Shown one piece after another: positions 28,354 through 35,387 of a stretch of DNA of 64,000 bases. The position numbers were made by a program, and so were the translations under genes. Where the stretch lies: NCBI GenBank assembly GCA_963807035.1, contig CAWEAL010000003.1, forward strand, positions 164,372 through 228,371. Direction: 5' to 3'. Each line of letters opens with the position of its first letter. The stretch's first letter is position 1. The DNA comes from an uncultured Chloroflexia bacterium (GTDB lineage: Bacteria; Chloroflexota; Limnocylindria; Limnocylindrales; CSP1-4). The notes beneath the pieces are model-generated. The model was not told the origin of the DNA. It worked only from the letters and a program-made list of their open reading frames with translations, and made no database searches.

Positions 28354-28796
28354 GACGTCACCGCCGAGGGCCCCAGTTCGGCCAGGGCCTGGCCGAACTG
28401 CTGGACGTGCCTCGTGAACGGCTCGGCACAGACCGAGCAGATCGCCGCCATCTTGAGCCGCTGCGGCTGGTGGCCGCCCTGCTGCAGGAGGGCCTGGGCC
28501 TGGGCGACGATCCGCGATGCCCGTGCCGAGCAGTCAGGCAGGTAGGCGCACTCGTCGCCGTCGGATGCGATGAAGACGCCGTCGAAGCCACCCTCGATCG
28601 CCTGGAGGATCCAGCTCGGCCGGATCCCGCTCGTGCATGGCAGGCTGATGACGACGACGCCCGGTGAGTAGCTCATGTGCGAGCTGCCGGCCAGATCGAT
28701 GCCGGGGTCCGAGATGTTGTTCGTGGAGAAGACGAGGATCCGGGGGACGAATGTCCGGGCCTGATCTGCTGGCTTCAGCGGGGCGAGCGTCGTCAT
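28350..28796 (-). CDS. MvhD/FlpD-like (methyl-viologen-reducing hydrogenase delta subunit family) protein
   Basis: 148 aa. ILVFSTNNISDPGIDLAGSSHMSYSPGVVVISLPCTSGIRPSWILQAIEGGFDGVFIASDGDEC has the MvhD layout, but the usual N-terminal CCxxC is replaced. Confidence 0.65.
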   Translation of the reverse strand: MTTLAPLKPADQARTFVPRILVFSTNNISDPGIDLAGSSHMSYSPGVVVISLPCTSGIRPSWILQAIEGGFDGVFIASDGDECAYLPDCSARASRIVAQAQALLQQGGHQPQRLKMAAICSVCAEPFTRHVQQFGQALAELGPSAVTS

Positions 28797-28835
28797 CGAA
28801 GGGTGCTCCTTGGCCGGCCGGGGCAGCCCGGTGCC

Positions 28836-29111
28836 CTACTTCTGGCGCCGGACGAAGACCCGCTCGTAGCCTTCACCGGGCAGGTGTCCGAGGAAGACGT
28901 GGCCGACCTTTGTCGACCAGGCGCCGATGTCGCCCTTCGTAGCCGGATCGCTCGACCAGATCTCGATGACCTGGCCGATCTGGATCGTGCCCATTGCCTT
29001 CTTGGCCTCGAGGAGCGGTCCCGGGCAAGCGCTGCCGCGTGCGTCGACGACCTTGGCGCTCTCGAGGGCCATCAGGTCCGTGTCGCTGAGCGGGGTTGTG
29101 ATTGCGATCAT
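28836..29111 (-). CDS. tusA: TusA/SirA-family sulfur-carrier protein
   Basis: 91 aa from ATG 29111, preceded by GGAGAGGAG. VVDARGSACPGPLLEAKKAM contains the conserved CPxP persulfide-carrier motif. Confidence 0.8.
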   Translation of the reverse strand: MIAITTPLSDTDLMALESAKVVDARGSACPGPLLEAKKAMGTIQIGQVIEIWSSDPATKGDIGAWSTKVGHVFLGHLPGEGYERVFVRRQK

Positions 29112-29206
29112 TGGATTGATCTCCTCTCCGATCGCCGAGCCGCGTCCTGCGCGGCCGGCGAGCTGTGGGTCAGTGGACGTAGGCATTTCCCGAGACTGCC
29201 AGGCAC

Positions 29207-29614
29207 CTAGATGAAGACCGGCGAGCCATCGCCCATGTCGAGGAAGAACGTGGCGATCCCGCACACGTCGTCGACGATCGGATCGAGCTCGCCGGGAACG
29301 ATCCCGAGGAACTTCATCGAGGCCGAGCAGGCACGGATCCGGACGTCGCCGAGCTCCTTGGCCTGCCGGAAGGTCTCAGCCCACGGCAGCGATCCGGCCG
29401 GCGCCGTCGCCATCGGCGATCCAGCTTGGGCCGCGTCGAAGGCGAGCCCATGGTCCTTCGCGATGCTCTCCTTGCGAAATGCGTCGAGCGCCCAGAACTG
29501 CAGCAGGACGTTCACCGGCCGGCCCATCGCCGAGGCGCCGGCCGCGATCGTGGCCGCCGCATGGAGCTTGTCATCAGTACCGGAAAAGAGGACGACGGAG
29601 ATTGTTTCGCTCAT
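29207..29614 (-). CDS. DsrE/DsrF-like (DrsE_2-type) sulfur-relay family protein
   Basis: 135 aa. ISVVLFSGTDDKLHAAATIAAGASAMG ... IRACSASMKFLG pattern. ATGA overlap with the upstream arsR stop. Confidence 0.7.
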   Translation of the reverse strand: MSETISVVLFSGTDDKLHAAATIAAGASAMGRPVNVLLQFWALDAFRKESIAKDHGLAFDAAQAGSPMATAPAGSLPWAETFRQAKELGDVRIRACSASMKFLGIVPGELDPIVDDVCGIATFFLDMGDGSPVFI

Positions 29615-30045
29615 GTCGGACGTACCTCGGTAGGGGAGTAGCCGGCCAGGGCCGGTTCCTTGGCGGCGGCCGCAAGATCACCCAGCCTCGACAGCCGGCG
29701 GACGAGAACCTCGCGCATCAGCTCGCAGGCTCGGAGGACTTGGGGATCCGTCAACTGATAGCTGACCGATCGCCCTTCGCGAAGAGGCTCGACCAGACCG
29801 ACGGCCCGCATTGCGCCCAGGTGCTGCGACGCCGCAGCCTGACTGATGCCCAGCTCGCCTGCGACCTGATTGGCTCCGCACGGCCGGACGCCCAGGAGAT
29901 GGAGGATCTGCAGGCGCTGGGCGCTCGCAAGCGATCGCAGCAGCGAGGCCTGAAGCTCGTCGATATCGTGCGTCGCGCTTGCCATGGCCGGCTCCATCGC
30001 AGGGGCTTGATCCCCAGCCCGAGATGCCAGGTATCCCTGACTCAT
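29611..30045 (-). CDS. ArsR/SmtB-family transcriptional regulator (first gene of the hdr/qmo-like operon)
   Basis: LQILHLLGVRPCGANQVAGELGISQAAASQHLGAMRAVGLV is a wHTH. The start could instead be the internal MEPAM. Confidence 0.8.
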   Translation of the reverse strand: MSQGYLASRAGDQAPAMEPAMASATHDIDELQASLLRSLASAQRLQILHLLGVRPCGANQVAGELGISQAAASQHLGAMRAVGLVEPLREGRSVSYQLTDPQVLRACELMREVLVRRLSRLGDLAAAAKEPALAGYSPTEVRPT

Positions 30046-30061
30046 ATGATCTCTGAGCAGT

Positions 30062-30082
30062 TATATGCCATCGACACATATA
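30062..30082. promoter_or_regulatory. candidate operator: TATATG n9 CATATA inverted repeat in an AT-richer divergent arsR/osmC region
   Basis: Read directly. The only markedly AT-rich stretch in this part of the window. Confidence 0.25.
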
Positions 30083-30280
30083 CGCCATGGGCCGTTCGTC
30101 ACGCGACGACGGGCCAGGTGGACCGTTGCTGGTCGCGATCTATCCAGGACAGCCAGGAGGGCCCCGGCGGGGATCGAACGAGATGTCGCCCTGTGGCCCG
30201 CGCAGTTCGGGCCGGACGGCTCTTCAGCTAGCGCCGGAACGGGGCCCAGGCTGGCAGCCAGACGCACGGGAGGAACTCGC

Positions 30281-30790
30281 ATGGGAGTACGCACGGCGTC
30301 CGCGAGGCTCGACGGCGACGGGATGCGGCTCGTCGCGCTGACCGGCAGTAATCACTCGATCGTGATGGACAGCGCCGAGGGCGACTCGGGACCTCGGCCG
30401 GCCGAGCTCCTGCTGGTCGCCCAGGCCGGCTGCACCGCAATGGACGTCATCTCGATCCTGCGCAAGATGCGGCAGGCGGTGAGCGGCTACGAAGTCCGCG
30501 TCTCTGGCGAGCAGCGCGACGACCCACACCCGCACGTCTTCGAACGGATCCGGGTCGTCCACGTCGTCGAGGGGAACGTCGAGGTCGAGGCGGTCCGTCG
30601 CGCGATCGAGCTCTCCGCGACCCGCTACTGCACGGTCACGGGGAACCTCGCTTCGGGCGTCGCCGAGATCCGACACGAGTACCAGGTCCGCGACTCAGCT
30701 GGAGAGGAGCACCGAGGCGAGGTTGTCGTCACGGGCCCCGGTGACAGCCCCGACCACCTCGGCTTACGGCCCGCCTCAGCGGTCGTTTGA
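30281..30790 (+). CDS. OsmC/Ohr-family peroxiredoxin-like protein
   Basis: 169 aa from ATG 30281 after GGGAGGA. PAELLLVAQAGCTAMDV ... ATRYCTV carries the two conserved Cys of OsmC. Confidence 0.8.
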   Translation: MGVRTASARLDGDGMRLVALTGSNHSIVMDSAEGDSGPRPAELLLVAQAGCTAMDVISILRKMRQAVSGYEVRVSGEQRDDPHPHVFERIRVVHVVEGNVEVEAVRRAIELSATRYCTVTGNLASGVAEIRHEYQVRDSAGEEHRGEVVVTGPGDSPDHLGLRPASAVV

Positions 30791-30877
30791 GCTTCGGGCG
30801 ATGTATCCATCGAGGCTCGCATCTCGTCCCCTGAGTAGGAACGGGTGAGCGCCCGTCAGGAAGATGAGGACACCGAG

Positions 30878-31090
30878 ATGAAGTTCAGTACCAACGAAGC
30901 ACCGATCGATCGCGTCATCCGGATCGTGCTGGGGATCGCCCTCGCTGCGATTGCTCTCACGGGCTCCGTCAGCGCACCGTGGCTGTACGTCGTGTGGGCG
31001 TTGGCGGCAATTGCGCTCGTGACGGGCGTCATCGGCTTCTGCGCGCTGTATGCCCTGTTCGGCGTCAGCACGAAGTCGACAGCCGGGTGA
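30878..31090 (+). CDS. DUF2892 (YgaP-C-like) small membrane protein
   Basis: NEAPIDRVIRIVLGIALAAIALTG...LAAIALVTGVIGFCALYALFGVST is a typical DUF2892 two-helix pattern with the conserved Cys. Confidence 0.6.
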   Translation: MKFSTNEAPIDRVIRIVLGIALAAIALTGSVSAPWLYVVWALAAIALVTGVIGFCALYALFGVSTKSTAG

Positions 31091-31153
31091 GCAGCTCCAG
31101 GCGCGGATGAGGTGAAGGTGGCGCGCTATGGGGTGGCCGAGAAGGTCGAGCCG

Positions 31154-31936
31154 ATGACCAACGGCGACGAGTTCGCCGCGGAGCTCGTGCGCGCGCTGCC
31201 TTCCCTCGTCCGCCTCGCGAGCCGGCTCGTCCGCGACCCGGACCAGGCCGAGGATTGCGCGCAGGAGACGATCGTCGGAGCATGGCGCCGGCAGGACCAG
31301 CTTCGTGACCCGGCGGCCCTCGCCGGCTGGCTCCGGCGAAGTCTTGTGAACCGGATCATCGACCGTTCCCGGGCCCACCACGACGAGCTCGACATTGATG
31401 CAGTCGAGGCCGATTGGCGCGATGACCGCTATTCCGTCGCCCCGGATCGGGTCCTCGAACGAGCCGAGTTGCGGGATGCGCTCGAGGATGCGCTCGCGCG
31501 GCTGCCGGTGATCTATCGCGTCCCAGTCGTGCTCCACGATGCCGTCGGTTGGACGGCGGTCGAGATCGCGAGCGCGATGGATGCTGGATTGCCCGCAACC
31601 AAACAGCGCCTGCGACGGGGGCGGATGATGCTGGTGAGCGCGCTCGGCGAGGATGACGAGCGTCGCCAGGCGAGCCTCGCCCAGCCCCTCCGCTGCTGGC
31701 GGGCTCGTCGGCACATTTCTTCATACCTCGACGACGAGCTTGACCAGACGACGCGCACGGCGGTCGAGGCGCACCTCAAGACCTGCCCGACGTGTCCGCC
31801 TCTGTACGCGAGTCTCGTTGGTGTCATGGCAACGCTTGGCGGCTTACGCGACCCCGACACCGTGGTTGAGGAGGCGATGGCCGGGCGGATCCGCCAGCAT
31901 CTCGACCGCCAGGCCGGTCGACGAGGCGAGTCCTGA
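31154..31936 (+). CDS. ECF sigma-70 factor fused to a C-terminal zf-HC2 (ZAS) anti-sigma-like domain
   Basis: Region 2 (DPDQAEDCAQETIVGAWRR) and region 4 (VLHDAVGWTAVEIASAMDAGLPATKQRLRRGR) are followed in the same ORF by CWRARRHISSYLDDELDQTTRTAVEAHLKTCPTCP (H-x3-C-x2-C). Confidence 0.8.
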   Translation: MTNGDEFAAELVRALPSLVRLASRLVRDPDQAEDCAQETIVGAWRRQDQLRDPAALAGWLRRSLVNRIIDRSRAHHDELDIDAVEADWRDDRYSVAPDRVLERAELRDALEDALARLPVIYRVPVVLHDAVGWTAVEIASAMDAGLPATKQRLRRGRMMLVSALGEDDERRQASLAQPLRCWRARRHISSYLDDELDQTTRTAVEAHLKTCPTCPPLYASLVGVMATLGGLRDPDTVVEEAMAGRIRQHLDRQAGRRGES

Positions 31937-32127
31937 GGAGCTCGGACGATTGTTCTTCGCGGCCGAGCCGCCGGTCGCATTGTGAGCGAGCGATCCACAT
32001 CGCCCCAGTGGACGCGACGCAGCAGACGGCCCGCTGGCGATCACCCCGGAATCGACATCCGGCACCCTGAGGCGATGCCTTTTGGCCCTCCGACATCTCG
32101 ACCTGGAATGACACACTTCAACCTGAG

Positions 32128-32475
32128 ATGACCATCCACCAGCGCGCTCTGCCCGTCCTGCCTGAACTCCGCCTCGACCTGCTGACGCCGGAGGTCGAGG
32201 ACGTGGTAGCCGCTGCGGCCCTCGTCGGCGACCGGACTCGGGCCGGGATCCTGCGGATCCTCTCCGACGGCCCCCATTGCGTCTGCGAAATGGCGGCCGC
32301 GCTGGGCGAGCGCCAGAACAACGTCTCGAACCACCTGGCGCGGCTTCGTGAGGCCGGAGTCGTCCGTGCGAGCCGGCACCGGGTCGATGCCCGCTGGGTC
32401 TACTACGAGCGCGACGAAGCGGCCTGCTTGGGACTTCTGGCCGAGCTCAGGAGCCTCCTGGAGCCAAGACGATGA
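32128..32475 (+). CDS. ArsR/SmtB-family transcriptional regulator
   Basis: 115 aa. RILSDGPHCVCEMAAALGERQNNVSNHLARLREAGVV is a wHTH with a CVC metal/metalloid-type site. Confidence 0.8.
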   Translation: MTIHQRALPVLPELRLDLLTPEVEDVVAAAALVGDRTRAGILRILSDGPHCVCEMAAALGERQNNVSNHLARLREAGVVRASRHRVDARWVYYERDEAACLGLLAELRSLLEPRR

Positions 32476-33524
32476 CCACGATCAACCTGCACCCAGCCCG
32501 CCGGTTCCAGCTGCCGATCAAAGGCGTCGTCGGCGCCTCGGTCGTGGCCTGGCTGGTCGCCTGGTTCAGCGAAGCGCCGCTCTCAGACTGGTTGACGTTC
32601 ACGGTTCTTGGTCTCGAGCGGGGATCCCAGGTTGGCGAGGCGATCTCGTTCTTCCTGCTCGACCTGCCCAAGGTGCTGCTGCTCCTCCTCGGCATCATCA
32701 CGGTCGTGACCCTGATCCGCGGCTTCTTCCCGCCGGAGCGCGTCCGGGCAGCGCTCGCCGGCCGGGGGCTCATGACCGGGACGGTGGCCGCGGCCTCGTT
32801 TGGGATCGTGACCCCGTTCTGCTCGTGCTCCGCCGTACCCCTGTTCATCGGGTTCGTGGAGGCCGGGATCCCGCTCGGCGTGACCTTTGCGTTCCTGATC
32901 AGCTCACCGATGGTCAACGAAGTGGCGCTGGTCCTGCTGTGGGGCCTGTTTGGACCCGGCATCGCGCTCGTCTACATGGCCGCTGGGCTGGCCGTGGCGA
33001 TCGTCGGCGGGCTCCTGATCGGAAGGCTGAGAATGGAGCGCTACGTCGAGGCGTACGTGTGGGGTCTCCAGGGCAAGGGCGGCGCGGTCGTTGCGATCCA
33101 GCTCACGTGGGCCGACCGGATCCACGACGCCTGGGCGTACACGAAGGATCTGGTTCGGCGGATCCTGCCCTACCTGCTGATTGGGATCGGGATCGGGGCG
33201 CTCATCCACGGCTACGCACCGACCGAGCTCGTGGCCGCCATCGGGGGACGTTCCAACCCGTTCGCGGTACCGATCGTCATTCTCATCGCCCTGCCGCTCT
33301 ACTCGAACGCGGCGGGCACGATCCCGATCGTCCAGGCCCTCCTGGGCAAGGGGATGCCGCTGGGGACCACGCTCGCGTTCATGATGGCGATCACCGCGAT
33401 CAGCCTGCCCGAGTTCATCATCCTGCGGCGGGTCATCCGCTGGCCGCTCATCGCTGTCTTCGCCGCGGTCGTGACGGTCGGGATCCTGATGATCGGCTAC
33501 CTCTTCAACTTCCTCATCTACTGA
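32472..33524 (+). CDS. permease of the DUF318 / ArsP-like family (TPFCSCS motif)
   Basis: 350 aa, multi-TM. GIVTPFCSCSAVPLFIGFVEAGIPLG is the hallmark motif. ATGA overlap with arsR. Confidence 0.8.
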   Translation: MTTINLHPARRFQLPIKGVVGASVVAWLVAWFSEAPLSDWLTFTVLGLERGSQVGEAISFFLLDLPKVLLLLLGIITVVTLIRGFFPPERVRAALAGRGLMTGTVAAASFGIVTPFCSCSAVPLFIGFVEAGIPLGVTFAFLISSPMVNEVALVLLWGLFGPGIALVYMAAGLAVAIVGGLLIGRLRMERYVEAYVWGLQGKGGAVVAIQLTWADRIHDAWAYTKDLVRRILPYLLIGIGIGALIHGYAPTELVAAIGGRSNPFAVPIVILIALPLYSNAAGTIPIVQALLGKGMPLGTTLAFMMAITAISLPEFIILRRVIRWPLIAVFAAVVTVGILMIGYLFNFLIY

Positions 33525-33567
33525 CATCACGCCCTGGTGCGCCCGGGGCACTGGAGGCAACGCTCCC

Positions 33568-33804
33568 ATGAAGAAGATCGAGGTCCTCGGACCCGGTTGC
33601 AGCAACTGCCAGCGGCTCGAGGCGAATGCCCGGGCGGCCGTCGCCCTGACCGGCGTCGATGCCGAGATCGTCAAGGTCACCGACTACGGCCGGATCATGG
33701 CCTACGGGATCATGAGCACCCCCGGGCTCGTGATCGACGGCACGGTCATGAGCTACGGCAGGATCCCCTCCGCCGCCGACATCGCCGGATGGCTGAGCGC
33801 GTGA
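33568..33804 (+). CDS. thioredoxin-fold 'redox-active disulfide protein 2' family small protein
   Basis: 78 aa. MKKIEVLGPGCSNCQRLE...STPGLVIDG is the typical partner of ArsR/permease pairs. Confidence 0.75.
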   Translation: MKKIEVLGPGCSNCQRLEANARAAVALTGVDAEIVKVTDYGRIMAYGIMSTPGLVIDGTVMSYGRIPSAADIAGWLSA

Positions 33805-33907
33805 TCCGTCGCAGGAGTGGCTAGGGGCATCAGCCGACGATGAGCGGCCCGGGACCCACGGATTGCCCTAGCATGGACCGTCGCGGACCCCGGGCTGCAA
33901 CGTCAAC

Positions 33908-33965
33908 GCCGGTGCCGCCACGCTCCGCGTGACGCGGTGGGTGCGGCTCCCACGCGCTCCCGCCA
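33908..33965 (+). repeat. tRNA-Sec 3'-half remnant (direct repeat of 19981..20038; att-like or decayed selC copy)
   Basis: 54/58 identical to the variable arm, T arm and acceptor 3' strand plus CCA of selC. The T-loop is mutated (GGGTGCGGCTCCC vs GGGTTCGACTCCC). No matching 5' acceptor strand lies upstream. Confidence 0.75.
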
Positions 33966-33987
33966 GTCGTGCGAGATGGAGGATCGG

Positions 33988-35370
33988 ATGGCGCGTTCCG
34001 GGACGCCTCGCCCGCCCGGCGTCGAACGGCTGCTGAGCGCCGTCCGGCCCCGGCTGGCCGGCGAGCGGGACCACCGCGCGCTGCTCGTCGCGGCCCAGGG
34101 CCTGATCGCCGAGGAACGCGCCCGGATCGGTGCGGGGGACCCTGGCCGCGGCATCGACGGCCTGGCCGATGCGCTGGTCGAGCGGCTCGAGCGGTGGGCC
34201 GGACCGGCCGGCTCCGGCCTGGTCCAGGTGATCAACGCCAGCGGGGTGATCCTCCACACGAACCTCGGCCGCGCACCCTGGCCGGCGGTCGCCATCGAGG
34301 CCGCCCGGGCGGCAGCGTCCGGCTATCCGCTGCTCGAGCTGGACCGCCGGACGGGCCGGCGGGGCGCCCGGTTCCGGGCTGCCGAGGAGCACCTCGTCGC
34401 GCTGACCGGGGCCGAGGACGCCTTCGTCACGAACAACAACGCGGCAGCCGTGGCCCTCGCCGTCGGCCTCGCGGGCCGCGGCGGGGGCGTTGCCGCCTCG
34501 CGGGGCGAGCTGGTCGAGATCGGCGGGGGCGTCCGGATCCCCGAGATCGTCCGGCGCAGCGGCGCCCGGCTGGTCGAGGTCGGTACGACGAACCGGACCC
34601 GGACCGGCGACTTCGAGGAGGCCCTCGCCGGCGGCCGGGCCCGGCTGGTTCTGCGGGTCCACCCGTCGAACTTCGTGATCGCCGGCTTCACCGAGACACC
34701 CGACCCGGCTGCCGTTGCGGCCACGGCCCATCGCCATGGCGCGATCGTCGTCGACGACCTCGGCAGCGGCGCCCTCCTGCCGACGGAGCGGTTCGGCCTG
34801 GCCCACGAGCCGATGCCGGCCGAGCGGCTGGCCGCCGGCGCCGACCTCGTGACGTTCAGCGCCGACAAGCTCGTCGGGGGGCCCCAGGCCGGACTGATCG
34901 TGGGTCGGGCGGACCTGATCGGCCGGCTGCGGCGCGACCCGCTGGCCCGGGCGATGCGGCCGGACAAGACGACGCTGGCAGCCCTCGGCGCGACCCTCGG
35001 CCTGTATCGAGCCGGCCTCGCCGAGCTTGAGATCCCGACCTGGCGGATGATCGCGACCGATCCGGCCGGCCTGCGTGCCCGTGCCGAGGCGATCCGCGCC
35101 GCCCTCCCGGTCGCGGTCCGCCGCACCGTGACGGTCGAGGCGATGGAGTCGACGATCGGTGGGGGCTCGCTGCCGGGCGAGACGCTCGCCTCGTTCGGGC
35201 TGGCGATCCGGACCGGATCCCCGAGCCGCCTCGTCGGCGAGCTGCGCCGCGGCGATCCGTGCATCGTCGCCCGGATCGCGGACGACGCCCTCCTCCTCGA
35301 CCTGCGCACCGTCGAGCCGGGCGACGACCGACCGCTCGGCCGGGCGATCGCCGCGCTCGTCGGGGCCTGA
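33988..35370 (+). CDS. selA: L-seryl-tRNA(Sec) selenium transferase
   Basis: VINASGVILHTNLGRAP, TNNNAAAV, FSADKLVGGPQAG (PLP-Lys) motifs. ATG 33988 after GGAGGA. The ORF extension to 33937 would run through the tRNA remnant. Confidence 0.9.
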   Translation: MARSGTPRPPGVERLLSAVRPRLAGERDHRALLVAAQGLIAEERARIGAGDPGRGIDGLADALVERLERWAGPAGSGLVQVINASGVILHTNLGRAPWPAVAIEAARAAASGYPLLELDRRTGRRGARFRAAEEHLVALTGAEDAFVTNNNAAAVALAVGLAGRGGGVAASRGELVEIGGGVRIPEIVRRSGARLVEVGTTNRTRTGDFEEALAGGRARLVLRVHPSNFVIAGFTETPDPAAVAATAHRHGAIVVDDLGSGALLPTERFGLAHEPMPAERLAAGADLVTFSADKLVGGPQAGLIVGRADLIGRLRRDPLARAMRPDKTTLAALGATLGLYRAGLAELEIPTWRMIATDPAGLRARAEAIRAALPVAVRRTVTVEAMESTIGGGSLPGETLASFGLAIRTGSPSRLVGELRRGDPCIVARIADDALLLDLRTVEPGDDRPLGRAIAALVGA

Positions 35371-35387
35371 CCGAAGGCCGGGTTGCG

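Larger units (their letters stand above)
20039..33965. mobile_element. putative selC-associated genomic island (integrase not detected; possibly degraded)
   Basis: Bounded by intact tRNA-Sec (ends 20038) and a 58-nt direct copy of its 3' half (33908..33965, 54/58 identical). It interrupts an otherwise contiguous selD/selC/selA/selB cluster and is enriched in frameshifted genes. Confidence 0.4.

Noticed and set aside
22433-33804. Additional selenoproteins (HdrA-like, HdrA/GltD, MvhD-like, thioredoxin-like, OsmC; also SelD) in or near the Sec cluster.
   Set aside because: All redox-motif positions I could check are encoded by Cys codons. The interruptions in the HdrA/GltD gene are frame changes, not in-frame TGA codons.
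20039-33907. Integrase, excisionase or transposase inside the putative island.
   Set aside because: Every sizeable ORF could be assigned to another family or is compositionally spurious. No R..H..R..Y-type recombinase or DDE pattern was noticed. The mobile-element call therefore rests only on the tRNA-derived direct repeat.
33937-33987. Longer selA N-terminus starting at 33937.
   Set aside because: It would translate through the tRNA-Sec remnant. ATG 33988 has a GGAGGA SD and gives an N-terminus of normal SelA length.
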